Shown here: positions 20,525 to 30,418 of the stretch, piece after piece
Position numbering within the stretch: the stretch's first letter is position 1
Layout: each line of letters starts with the position of its first letter
DNA from: Promethearchaeota archaeon
GTDB lineage: Archaea; Asgardarchaeota; Lokiarchaeia; Sigyniarchaeales; SOKP01
Direction of reading: 5' to 3'
Assembly: GCA_016840085.1 (NCBI GenBank)
Contig: JAEOTA010000036.1
Location: forward strand, 1 to 64,000
Length of the DNA: 64,000 bases
Position numbers and translations under genes: made by a program
Notes under the pieces: generated by a model
What the model was told of the DNA's origin: nothing
The model's input: the letters and a program-made list of their open reading frames with translations, nothing else
The model's database searches: none

Positions 20525-21247
20525 ATGATAGATGATAAAAAAGTATTCATGGCTGGAAGATTAATGGTAGTCTCAGGAATCATTCATGCTATAGGAAGTA
20601 TATTATCAATTGGTTTTCCAACTATCTTTGTTACTCTCTTGATATTTAGTGTTTTGATTCTACTTTTAGGGTTCCGAATGATTAAAGTATTGAGATATGA
20701 TATGCTGGATAGAACAAAAAGAATTATTATTTTTTGTACAACAATTTCCTTTCTAAATTTTATTACTCTCTTAACACATCTCTTAACAGCTACTCCAGGA
20801 GATCGAGTTTATCTATATGTATTCATGATTATCTTCATAATAATTGATTTAATTAATTTCCCCATTTTCTTTATCAGAAAAATTGAACTTGATCGGATGG
20901 ATTTCGATGATAAACTAAGTTATTTTACCATAGTTATTATAAAAGGATTAGGTCTTGGATTACTTTTTAATGTATTGGCATGGATTGGAATCATATCAGA
21001 TTTAAATCTATATATGATAATTTATATCCTCGTCTTTGGAACGTTAAATATGATTTACGGGGAATTATTGTATACAAAAAAAGAAGAGAAAAAAATTCAG
21101 AATAGAGTAATAATTATTCTGGTCTTTGGATTAATTTTTGAAACCATACTAATTTTCTTCTTTCCAAATGTGAAGTCGTTGGTCGATATAATACTGCTTG
21201 GTGTAATTATACCGATTCGAATCTATTATGTAAAAAAGAAATTTTAA
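20525..21247 (+). CDS. Hypothetical integral membrane protein (about 8 TM)
   Basis: Hydrophobic throughout. Confidence 0.7.
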   Translation: MIDDKKVFMAGRLMVVSGIIHAIGSILSIGFPTIFVTLLIFSVLILLLGFRMIKVLRYDMLDRTKRIIIFCTTISFLNFITLLTHLLTATPGDRVYLYVFMIIFIIIDLINFPIFFIRKIELDRMDFDDKLSYFTIVIIKGLGLGLLFNVLAWIGIISDLNLYMIIYILVFGTLNMIYGELLYTKKEEKKIQNRVIIILVFGLIFETILIFFFPNVKSLVDIILLGVIIPIRIYYVKKKF

Positions 21248-21276
21248 TTTTCATAATTTTTATTTCCTTCCCATTT

Positions 21277-22947
21277 TTACGCTCGTTTTGCTTCTTTTTC
21301 TCTTATAGCTCGTCGTAAAATTTTACCAATGGCACTTTTTGGTAAGGAACGCACAAATTTTATAATTCTTGGATATTTATATGCTGCCATATTTTCTTTT
21401 GACCAATTAATAATATCTTCTTCTAAAATCTTATCTTTAAATTCTGGTTTTAAAATTATATGAGCCATGATCTCTTCTCCTTTTAAAGGATCGCTTACAC
21501 CTATTACAGCACACTCTAAAACCGCGGGATGTTCATATAGAATTTCTTCTATCTCTCTTGGATAGACTGAATGTCCTTTATATTTTATCATATCTTTTAT
21601 TCTATCTAAAAGAAAAACATAGCCCTCTTCATCCATTTTTGCATAATCACCAGTCCTTAACCATTTCATTCCTCCTGCTTCAAAAAATACATTTTCATTT
21701 TCTTCTGATCTATTATGATAACCTAGCATTACTTGGGGTGCTGATACTACTAATTCTCCTGGCTCTCCAAGTGGTTGAAATTCTATATTCTCATTAATAA
21801 TTCCTATATATGTATTCGCAAAAGGAAGACCGCAGCTTCCCAATTTCTTTTTTGACCATGGTGGCATACTGGTGGCTCCTGTACTAGTTTCACTAAGTCC
21901 ATACCCTTCAGCCATTTGGAATCCTGTCCTTTCTTCCCACTCTTTCGCAACTTCTATAGGTAGTGCTCCTGCTCCTACATTAGCATACTTTAAGCAAGAC
22001 ATATCGATATCATTTAGGTGTGGGGAATTTAACATATTAATAAACATAGTAGGAACACCTAAAACTAAATTGGGTCTATAATCCCTTATAATTTGTGCAA
22101 TTCTTTTTAGATCAAAGCTTGGTATTAATATACCTTTCCCTCCTGCGAATTGATTGCTAATTAACTCACAAGCTTGACCGTAAATATGATACCACGGTAA
22201 AATAGATAAAGTTACCAAATCACCTTTAATATATTGTTCCTTCATATAATCAGTAATTTGTTTAATCTCAAGGGTCATAGCTACAATGTTATAGTGAGAC
22301 AGACATGCTCCTTTTGGCAAGCCTGTAGTACCACCTGTATATTGAATTACTGCTACATCTTTTTTAGGATCAATATTTTCTGGAAATTGATTTAAGGGTT
22401 CTTGATTTTTCTCTAAAATGGTATTATAATGAACAATTTGTCCATTTTCTGGGATTTTCGGGATATTACCCTCAATATTGACCAAAATTGCTTTATGCAA
22501 ATCTAAATTTTTACTAGCTCGTTTGAATTGCTTATAAAATCTCTCTAAAAGGATAAGATATTTAGCTCCAGAGTCTTTTATTTGATACTCTAATTCTCTT
22601 GTAACAAAAAGGGGACTTATAGCTGTAACTGTTGCTCCCGTTAATATTATGGCGAAATAACAAACAGCAAATTGTGGGCAGTTAGGGAGCCATAAAGCTA
22701 CAATATCACCTTTTTTTACTCCTAAATCCTTTAAACCTGCTGCAAATCTTCTTGTTAATATTCCCAATTCATTAAAAGTATATTCTCTTCCATAAAAATC
22801 CATCGCTACTTTATCTTTAAATTTTTCCGCTCCATTAAGTGCCACATCGATTAGAGTCATATCATCTGGAACCTCAAGTTTTAATGTCATTCCTTTAGGT
22901 AAATAATCTTTCCAAATTCTATTTTTAATATAATCTGGGAGTTCCAT
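21277..22947 (-). CDS. Long-chain fatty-acid--CoA ligase
   Basis: YTGGTTGLPKG, EGYGLSE, RTGD and PKSAIGKILRR motifs. Confidence 0.92.
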   Translation of the reverse strand: MELPDYIKNRIWKDYLPKGMTLKLEVPDDMTLIDVALNGAEKFKDKVAMDFYGREYTFNELGILTRRFAAGLKDLGVKKGDIVALWLPNCPQFAVCYFAIILTGATVTAISPLFVTRELEYQIKDSGAKYLILLERFYKQFKRASKNLDLHKAILVNIEGNIPKIPENGQIVHYNTILEKNQEPLNQFPENIDPKKDVAVIQYTGGTTGLPKGACLSHYNIVAMTLEIKQITDYMKEQYIKGDLVTLSILPWYHIYGQACELISNQFAGGKGILIPSFDLKRIAQIIRDYRPNLVLGVPTMFINMLNSPHLNDIDMSCLKYANVGAGALPIEVAKEWEERTGFQMAEGYGLSETSTGATSMPPWSKKKLGSCGLPFANTYIGIINENIEFQPLGEPGELVVSAPQVMLGYHNRSEENENVFFEAGGMKWLRTGDYAKMDEEGYVFLLDRIKDMIKYKGHSVYPREIEEILYEHPAVLECAVIGVSDPLKGEEIMAHIILKPEFKDKILEEDIINWSKENMAAYKYPRIIKFVRSLPKSAIGKILRRAIREKEAKRA

Positions 22948-23179
22948 ATTTATCCACTTCTTTATAGAGTTTTAATTAAAGTTTAAAATCTTATAATATT
23001 CTATTTGGAACCAAAATATTTAAATCTTTAATTTTAATAATGTTTACTCTTTATTTGTTAACTTAATTAACAAATATCATATCTCATTAATTCAAATCAT
23101 ATGGAAATAAATTATTAAACATTGTAAAATTTATGATAAACACTAGTAGATATGAAAAACTCATTTTGGTGTATACTTA

Positions 23180-24790
23180 TTGAAATCGCAAAATGAATTA
23201 GGTGTACCAATTCCCGTGAGTAAACCTTTAGTTGTTAGAACAATTAAAGAGGTTACAAAAGCACAGCGTGAATACGCATTGGAAAAAACAGAATATAATA
23301 TGTTTTCATTTCCCGCAGATTTATTATTTCTAGACTTCTTATCTGATTCGGGGGCAGGTACTATGACAGATTTACAATGGGCTACGCTTTTTCATGGAGA
23401 TGAATCCTATGGTCGTAATAAAGGGTATTATGTGCTTTTAGATGCGGTTAGAGACATCTTTGAGAGGGGTGATCATCCTAAGAGAGTTATTAATTTGATT
23501 ATCTCTGGAGAAACAGATACAAAAAAATTAATGGATGAACTTTATTTGACTTCTTATGAAGGAGGGTTCGTAAATGGAGGTGTTCATCAACTTTCTCATC
23601 CTAACACCTTTATTGTTCCTCAAGGACGATGTGCAGAATATTTACTTTTCTCAACTATTGCTCCAATTTTAAGAGAAAAAGATCCAAATAAAAAATACTA
23701 TATTCCAAACAATGGTCACTTCGATACTACTGAAGCAAATATAGCTGCTAATAGTATATACCCTGTGAATTTATTTTCAACAAATCTTATGGATGAATTT
23801 CCTTTTGATCAAATGGATAAAAGAAATCCTTTCAAAGGGAATATGGATTTGAATGAATTAGAAAAACTAATTCAAGAAAAAGGAGCAGACTCTATACCTT
23901 TAATCTATATAACAATCACCAATAATACCGCAGCAGGTCAACCTGTTTCAATGAACAATATCAAAAAAGTACAAAAAATAGCAAAAAAATATGATCTCCC
24001 TTTATTTTTTGATGCTTGCAGATTTGCTGAAAATGCAATTTTTATTAAAGAATTTGAGGAAGGGTACCAAGATCACTCAATACCAAGTATCGTTCAAGAA
24101 ATGTTTTCTTATGTAGATGGATTTACCATTAGTTTTAAAAAAGGTTTGGCAAATATTGGAGGTGGGTTGTTTTTCAAAGATCGAGGGATATTTCATAAGA
24201 AATTTTCAACCAAAGAGGATATAGGTATTTTATTAAAAGAAAAGCAAATCTTAACCTTTGGAAATGATTCCTATGGGGGAATGAGTGGGAGAGATATCAT
24301 AGCATTAGCTTCAAGTATTTATGAAACTGTAGACCTAAACTCTCTTAGAAGAAGAATCTTTCTTGTAAGGGAATTTGCACGAAAGCTAGCTGAGAATGCG
24401 GTTCCTGTTATTCTTCCTGCTGGTGGTCATGCAGTATACCTTAATATGGATAAGTTTTTTGAGGGCATAGATATGAAGATTGATGATTTTGGAGGTATAG
24501 GGTTTACAATAGAACTTCTAAAACATTATGGGATAAGAGCTTGTGAATTAGGACCATTTGCTTTTGAATGGGACAAGAAAACACCAGAGCAAAGGAAGAG
24601 TATATTAAATTTAGTGAGATTTGCAATCCCATGGAATGCTTACAATACTTCTCATATTGACTATGCAGTTGCTGCCATAACAGAATTATATAATAATAGA
24701 AAAAAAATTCCAAAAGTAAAAATTTCTCGAGGAGCGGAATTAAGACTACGACATTTTCAAACAGGACTCCAGCCAGTTTATGGAGATTAA
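23180..24790 (+). CDS. Tryptophanase / tyrosine phenol-lyase family PLP beta-eliminating lyase
   Basis: DFLSDSG, GDESYG, QGRCAE, HFDTT, TNNTAAGQPVS, DACRFAEN, SFKK, GGHAVY, LRHF. Confidence 0.88.
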   Translation: MKSQNELGVPIPVSKPLVVRTIKEVTKAQREYALEKTEYNMFSFPADLLFLDFLSDSGAGTMTDLQWATLFHGDESYGRNKGYYVLLDAVRDIFERGDHPKRVINLIISGETDTKKLMDELYLTSYEGGFVNGGVHQLSHPNTFIVPQGRCAEYLLFSTIAPILREKDPNKKYYIPNNGHFDTTEANIAANSIYPVNLFSTNLMDEFPFDQMDKRNPFKGNMDLNELEKLIQEKGADSIPLIYITITNNTAAGQPVSMNNIKKVQKIAKKYDLPLFFDACRFAENAIFIKEFEEGYQDHSIPSIVQEMFSYVDGFTISFKKGLANIGGGLFFKDRGIFHKKFSTKEDIGILLKEKQILTFGNDSYGGMSGRDIIALASSIYETVDLNSLRRRIFLVREFARKLAENAVPVILPAGGHAVYLNMDKFFEGIDMKIDDFGGIGFTIELLKHYGIRACELGPFAFEWDKKTPEQRKSILNLVRFAIPWNAYNTSHIDYAVAAITELYNNRKKIPKVKISRGAELRLRHFQTGLQPVYGD

Positions 24791-24832
24791 AAAAAAAATT
24801 TTTAAGATTTTAAGCGAAAAACTTCAGATTTT

Positions 24833-25255
24833 TCATTCTGACTTTTTATTAAGTAGATCTGAAAACGGCAACGTAAGTATATCTCCAATAATAAAAGTAG
24901 CAAATATTATAACGTGCAATAATCCATACATCGGAAATTCACCAATTACCAAAAGTGGAATGAAAACACCAATAAACCAGATTACCTTATAAAAAAGTTG
25001 CAGTAACAAAATCGGCATAAATTTGAGAGGATCACGTAAGCCCAATATAGCTAAAAGTGCAAAAGCAACATAAACACTACCCGTAACCCCAAATACGATT
25101 GGATCTTGTTCAGGCCACCCAAAGAGAGATATCATTGCGTCGGGTAGTATAATAATTCCTAATCCAAAAATTATTGGAACTATTATAGTGTAGATATACA
25201 TAATTTTCAATTTTACTTCAAGATCAGTATTATTTAACATGGTTCTATCCTTCAA
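24833..25255 (-). CDS. Small 4-TM membrane protein
   Basis: Hydrophobic; GLRDPLKFMPILLLQLFYKVIW. Confidence 0.7.
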   Translation of the reverse strand: MKDRTMLNNTDLEVKLKIMYIYTIIVPIIFGLGIIILPDAMISLFGWPEQDPIVFGVTGSVYVAFALLAILGLRDPLKFMPILLLQLFYKVIWFIGVFIPLLVIGEFPMYGLLHVIIFATFIIGDILTLPFSDLLNKKSE

Positions 25256-25460
25256 TTTTTAAATATAGTTATCATTTAAATTGGATTTAATAGTATGATT
25301 TTATTTACTTAATGATATTTGGATTTTTAGTATAAATTAAAATATGAGAATTACATGATTAATACAGAATTTAGATTAACAAATAGAATTCTAACTATCT
25401 AAATCCAAATAGAATAAGATTCCTTACGTCAAAACATTATAAAAATAATATGAAAAAAAT

Positions 25461-25760
25461 CTAAATTTCTAGCATTCTTAATTTTTTAGAAATATTTTTC
25501 CTTCTGAGAATTTTCATAAAATCATCTTTCCTTTGTTGAAGACGATTTAGAAAAGAATCCAACTTGTCAAAATTATTGAAAAAATATTCTCTGCCCTCAG
25601 CTATGATTTTTACTCCTTTTTTCTCGTTTTCAATAATGGCATAAATTCCACCAACCTCTAAATCATGTTTGATAAAAACTTTTTCAGCACTTGGACTCTT
25701 TTCATTCCCTTTTTTAGCCCAGAAGTTATTTTTTAGCAAATATGATCGATACATACTCAT
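25461..25760 (-). CDS. Hypothetical protein
   Basis: ORF with GAGGTTG upstream of ATG 25760. Confidence 0.55.
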   Translation of the reverse strand: MSMYRSYLLKNNFWAKKGNEKSPSAEKVFIKHDLEVGGIYAIIENEKKGVKIIAEGREYFFNNFDKLDSFLNRLQQRKDDFMKILRRKNISKKLRMLEI

Positions 25761-26377
25761 TTTCACACACACAACCTCTTTTTTTATTTTAATGATGATA
25801 AGTCATCGAGATATGCGTATTAATATACTCATTATGACCATCAATATATAGTCCCGAATAATATAAAATCGAGTTCTATTATAACATCGTGTAATATGCA
25901 TGGAACACAAATATATCACACAGATATTATAACACTTTGATTCTATATTACACAAGAAACAATATTTCTAAAATCACTTATAAATCACAAAGTAAAAAGC
26001 TCAGAACCATCCACTAAAAAAAATTTACGTGGGGTCGTAAATATTAACTTTCTACTGGAGATTTTTATATATCCAGATAATATGAGCTTTTTTAATTTTT
26101 TCAATAACACATAATTTATATCATTCAGATCAGTGTAAAACAAATAATAAAAAAAATAAACAAGATTGTAGAATAACACTAAAAAAATAAATCATCATTT
26201 TCAATTTCGATATTCTTGCATAAATAAATGTCGTATTTCAAACATTTAGCACTGGATTTTCAGATGTGTGTATTATCATAACGCAATATTTCAGAAATAA
26301 TTGGGATTAAAATATTAGACTATATATATTATCATGTTAACACTTGGGAGAAATTTTATTCTTTTAATAGGAATGGG

Positions 26378-26698
26378 TTGAGGTGGTTTAAGCTAAAATT
26401 GATCTCAGAAACTGAGTTTTTCAATGAAATTTTTGAAGATTTCATTTGTATAGAAAATGAAGTTCATGAAAATGAATTATGGAAATCAAATTCTATAATT
26501 CGATTAATGCAAATCTCATGTGAGATTGAAGATACAAAAATTATTGAAGATGGCTTAAAAATTATACTCGATTTATCAAAATTTCAAGAAGGCGGAAGCT
26601 TAGTTGATTCTTATGAATCTGAAAGTTATTCACTTAATGAATTAATTGAACCTGAAAAAAAAATATTAGAATCAATTTTAAAAACAGAATTTATTTAA
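26378..26698 (+). CDS. Hypothetical acidic protein
   Basis: Open frame; GAGGTGG suggests the real start is TTG 26399. Confidence 0.6.
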   Translation: MRWFKLKLISETEFFNEIFEDFICIENEVHENELWKSNSIIRLMQISCEIEDTKIIEDGLKIILDLSKFQEGGSLVDSYESESYSLNELIEPEKKILESILKTEFI

Positions 26699-27197
26699 AT
26701 TCCTTTTCGAACTCCCAAATCAAATCTTGAATTGTATGAATATTCTTTATTACTTTTCCAGAAGTTTTTAACTCCATTTCTGGAGCATCAAACATGGCTT
26801 TTCCTACAGCTAAAGCTCTGTTTTTTGTTTCTTCTCTAATTTGTACGATATCTCCCTCTTTAATTGATGAATCTATTTGTGTTATTCCAGGACGCATTAC
26901 ATCTGCCCCATTAGCAACATGGCGAACGGCTCCAAAATCTACAATAATAGTTTTCAAGTCTACTCTATTGTTTAAAAGCAAGGTTAATACTGGAATATAC
27001 CCCTCCTTAGATTTCCAGAGTTTTAGTTCATTATTTACCGCATATAAAGTGTCTCCAGATTCAGTTTGAATTAGCTCTACGTTAGATTTTCTTGGAAATA
27101 TTTGATCAATAAACTTTTGATCATATTGCTTTAAAATTTCGGTCTTCAGAGGTTTTAATTCGGATTTCCTAATAAAATGACGATGCTTAATTTTCAT
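26691..27197 (-). CDS. PUA-domain RNA-binding protein (DUF1947 + PUA; MCT-1/Tma20-like)
   Basis: VDFGAVRHVANGADVMRPGI, ALAVGKA, GKVIKNIH. Confidence 0.9.
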   Translation of the reverse strand: MKIKHRHFIRKSELKPLKTEILKQYDQKFIDQIFPRKSNVELIQTESGDTLYAVNNELKLWKSKEGYIPVLTLLLNNRVDLKTIIVDFGAVRHVANGADVMRPGITQIDSSIKEGDIVQIREETKNRALAVGKAMFDAPEMELKTSGKVIKNIHTIQDLIWEFEKEFK

Positions 27198-27373
27198 ATT
27201 TCAAATTGCAATTACTTTTTCTGAAATAAAAATCTTTTAATTATTTTTAATTACTTCAGAAAAAAATAGAAAAAGTTCTGGATTTGTAAATATAATTGAG
27301 AACAGAAAAGAGATAAATTAATAATTTAAATATACTAAGTGATCTTAAATCAGATAATTAAGTAGATAACATA

Positions 27374-27928
27374 GTGAAAGTCTATACCTCTGCTGTGGTA
27401 ATTATACCTCCAGAAGGAAAATGGTCGACTATCCAAGAAATTCGCAAAATATACGACCGTCAAATCAATAAATGGATGCCGCATATAACATTATTATATC
27501 CATTTAGACCTGAAAATGAATATATCAGTCTTGAAAAAGAATTTTCCGAAAAGTGTAGGCAAATAAGACCATTTGAGATTTCTTTAAAAAAATTTAAATA
27601 TTTTCCTCATGGAAAAGGGAGATATACAATTTGGCTTAATCCAGAACCAAATGATTTAATAATTAACCTTCAAGCAGAACTTCTCAAAATTGTACCAGAC
27701 TGTTATGATGTGAATAAATTCAAAAAAGGATTTAAACCTCATTTAAGTGTTGGGCAACTTATAGGGAAAAATAAATTATATGAAGTAATTAACGATTTAC
27801 AGAAAAACTGGAACGATATTGAATTCCTTCTAAACCAGATTTATTTTATTTCACGTATAGATAATAAAACATCAAAATTCGAAATAATAAAACAGATTTC
27901 TTTAACAGGAATAAATATTAATAAATAA
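27374..27928 (+). CDS. 2H phosphoesterase (2'-5' RNA ligase family)
   Basis: Two Hx[T/S] motifs: PHITL and PHLSV. Confidence 0.85.
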   Translation: MKVYTSAVVIIPPEGKWSTIQEIRKIYDRQINKWMPHITLLYPFRPENEYISLEKEFSEKCRQIRPFEISLKKFKYFPHGKGRYTIWLNPEPNDLIINLQAELLKIVPDCYDVNKFKKGFKPHLSVGQLIGKNKLYEVINDLQKNWNDIEFLLNQIYFISRIDNKTSKFEIIKQISLTGININK

Positions 27929-27957
27929 TGATATGATATCCATTTTTGGGTGTCTAA

Positions 27958-28257
27958 ATGAGAATTTCAAAAACTAACCTATTTCGAATAACATTAATTT
28001 GTACAGGGATTTTGTTTCTTATAGTATCATATCTTTGTTTTATATATGTAATTCCTGGATTTAAAATCTGTGGGAGCGGATGTGATTATTGGTGGACTTG
28101 GATCTTTAAATTTCACCAGCGTGAAGTCTGTCTTGCCGTGTGTATCTCACGAAACGAATTATATAAACCATTTATGGCTATAGGGGGTGGTTTGATAATT
28201 TTTGAAATAATATTTGAAATAATAAATGTGTTGAGAAGTTTTTTAAGAAAATCTTAA
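27958..28257 (+). CDS. Small 2-TM protein with Cys-rich loop
   Basis: Two hydrophobic segments flank CGSGCDYWW...VCLAVC. Confidence 0.55.
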   Translation: MRISKTNLFRITLICTGILFLIVSYLCFIYVIPGFKICGSGCDYWWTWIFKFHQREVCLAVCISRNELYKPFMAIGGGLIIFEIIFEIINVLRSFLRKS

Positions 28258-28327
28258 AATATCGGAATCTTAAATTTCCATATTCATTGACTTTAATGTA
28301 TAAAGATGGTTTTTATACACTAATTTA

Positions 28328-28933
28328 TTAGATATTTATATTCAGATTTCGTAATTCTTCACGTAAATCTGTATTAGGAAGGTATTGAATAGTTTTCATC
28401 TTTAACTTTCTTGGTTTAAACAAGAACGTAGCAATATCATCAATAAAAACACATTCTTCAGGATCAAGATTGTATTTCTCTATAAGTTCTTTAAATATTT
28501 CCATCTCAGGTTTAATGATATGAACTCTATATGAAATTATTCCCCCATCAAAAAGAGAAAAAAATTCATATTTTTTACTCACATAACTAAAAGCTTCTTC
28601 AATGAAATTTGATAAAATATAAAGTTGATAGCCATTCTTCTTTAGATCTCTTAAAACTTCAATGTTCTTCTCAATGGGTGTTAACATCTCTATCCAATGC
28701 TCAAAAAATAAATTGATTAAATTACTATTCTCAGGGAATCTTAAAAGAAACTCATCTCGTGCCTTTTGCATAGGAATTATTCCACGGTCTAATTTCAGCC
28801 AAATTCGGCTCCTAATCACGTTCGAAATAAACTTTTTAATAAGTTCGCTATCGTTAGTATATCTTGACAAAAAATTTTCTGGTCTAAAACTTAATAAGAC
28901 GTTTCCTAAATCAAAAATAATGTTTTTAATCAA
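28328..28933 (-). CDS. HAD-family phosphatase (YihX-like)
   Basis: FDLGNVL, LSN, KPE and FIDD motifs. Confidence 0.9.
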   Translation of the reverse strand: MIKNIIFDLGNVLLSFRPENFLSRYTNDSELIKKFISNVIRSRIWLKLDRGIIPMQKARDEFLLRFPENSNLINLFFEHWIEMLTPIEKNIEVLRDLKKNGYQLYILSNFIEEAFSYVSKKYEFFSLFDGGIISYRVHIIKPEMEIFKELIEKYNLDPEECVFIDDIATFLFKPRKLKMKTIQYLPNTDLREELRNLNINI

Positions 28934-29127
28934 TTTGTATCAATAAAAGAGAGCTAAATTCAATTAAATAAAATAAACTAATCAAATTGATAAAGTTTCT
29001 CGTGATTATCGAATTAATCTTCTAGATTTCTTAAAATAATTACTAAGTTAAAATGGACGACTCAGATTAAGTAGATAAAAAGATTAGAAATATCATTTTA
29101 ATATTAATAATCATAGCTATTATATTA

Positions 29128-30285
29128 TTGAGTTTAACTTTTAAATTTAATATAATAAATATTGACTATGGAAGAAAAAATTTAGATGTATATAGAGAAC
29201 TACAAAAACATCTTAATAAAATGCCTATTGGATTCCCTGCTACTGAATCTGGTATAGAACTACGTGTGCTAACACATCTTTTTACTCCAGAACAAGCACA
29301 ACTGGCAATAAAATTAAGTTACAGACCTGAATCATTGAAAAGGATTTATGGGAAAATAAAAAAAAGTGGGATTTCAATAGAATTACTCGAAGAAAAATTA
29401 GACGAGATGTATAAGAAAGGCGTTATTAATTTTGGCATAAATAAAGAAGGAGATAAAGAGGAAAGGTTTTATGCAAATGCTCAATTAGTAATAGGCATGT
29501 TTGAATTTCAATTAAATCATCTTACAAAAGAATTCATTAACGATGTTGAGCAATATTTTGAAGAATCGTTTTGGGAGAATGAATTTAATAAAACCAAAAT
29601 TCCACAATTACGTACAATCCCAATAGAACAAGCTATCGAGCATGAGCAATCTGTTGCTACTTATGATGATTTGAGGTCAATAATTGAGAATGTCGGAGGT
29701 ACAATAGCAGTTCAAGATTGTATATGCAGACAAGCTAAAGATCTACTTGGTGAGCCTTGTAATAAAATAAAACGTAGAGATGTTTGCTTTAGTTTTAGGA
29801 GAGGTGCTGAGGCTTATTTAGATAAAGGCCTAGCGAGAGAAATTAGTAAGGAGGAAGCTCTTGAAATTTTAGAAGAAGTCGAACAAGCGGGTTTAGTGAT
29901 TCAACCTGGAAATTCTCAGCGTCCTATGTGTATTTGTTGCTGCTGTGGATGCTGCTGTGAAGTTCTCACAAATCAGAAAAGATTTGCTGAACCAGCTCAG
30001 TTTTTTGCCACAAATTTCTATGCAGAAGTAGACCCAGATTTATGTGTAGGTTGTGGTACATGTGAAGAACGTTGTAATATGGATGCCATACACGTTGAAG
30101 ATAATATATCTTATGTAGACAAGACAAAATGTATCGGTTGTGGTGTATGTGTACCTACTTGTACAGCAGCAGCAATAAAACTCCATAAAAAAGAGGAAGA
30201 AATTGTGCCACCCAAATATACAGCTGCCACATATATGGCAATTATGGATAAAAAAGCAGAATTAGCTAGAGCAGAAAAACTTTAG
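29128..30285 (+). CDS. 4Fe-4S dicluster-binding protein, paralogue of 18078..19154 (start uncertain)
   Basis: CICRQ, CICCCCGCCC and two CxxCxxCxxxC motifs. Confidence 0.85.
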   Translation: MSLTFKFNIINIDYGRKNLDVYRELQKHLNKMPIGFPATESGIELRVLTHLFTPEQAQLAIKLSYRPESLKRIYGKIKKSGISIELLEEKLDEMYKKGVINFGINKEGDKEERFYANAQLVIGMFEFQLNHLTKEFINDVEQYFEESFWENEFNKTKIPQLRTIPIEQAIEHEQSVATYDDLRSIIENVGGTIAVQDCICRQAKDLLGEPCNKIKRRDVCFSFRRGAEAYLDKGLAREISKEEALEILEEVEQAGLVIQPGNSQRPMCICCCCGCCCEVLTNQKRFAEPAQFFATNFYAEVDPDLCVGCGTCEERCNMDAIHVEDNISYVDKTKCIGCGVCVPTCTAAAIKLHKKEEEIVPPKYTAATYMAIMDKKAELARAEKL

Positions 30286-30303
30286 TGTTTTTAAAAAGGA
30301 ATA

Positions 30304-30330
30304 ATTTTCTTTTTTATTTTATTTTTGTTC
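30304..30330 (+). terminator. Oligo-T archaeal terminator-like tract
   Basis: T-rich run just after the stop of 29128..30285; similar tracts follow 13689, 41619, 61207 and 62225. Confidence 0.45.
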
Positions 30331-30418
30331 TTCTAATCAAAAAACAATTAAAATTTTTATATTGGAACTTCATTAATTAATTAATTAAAAATCGAAAACA
30401 CAAAAATTAGAAAAAAAT

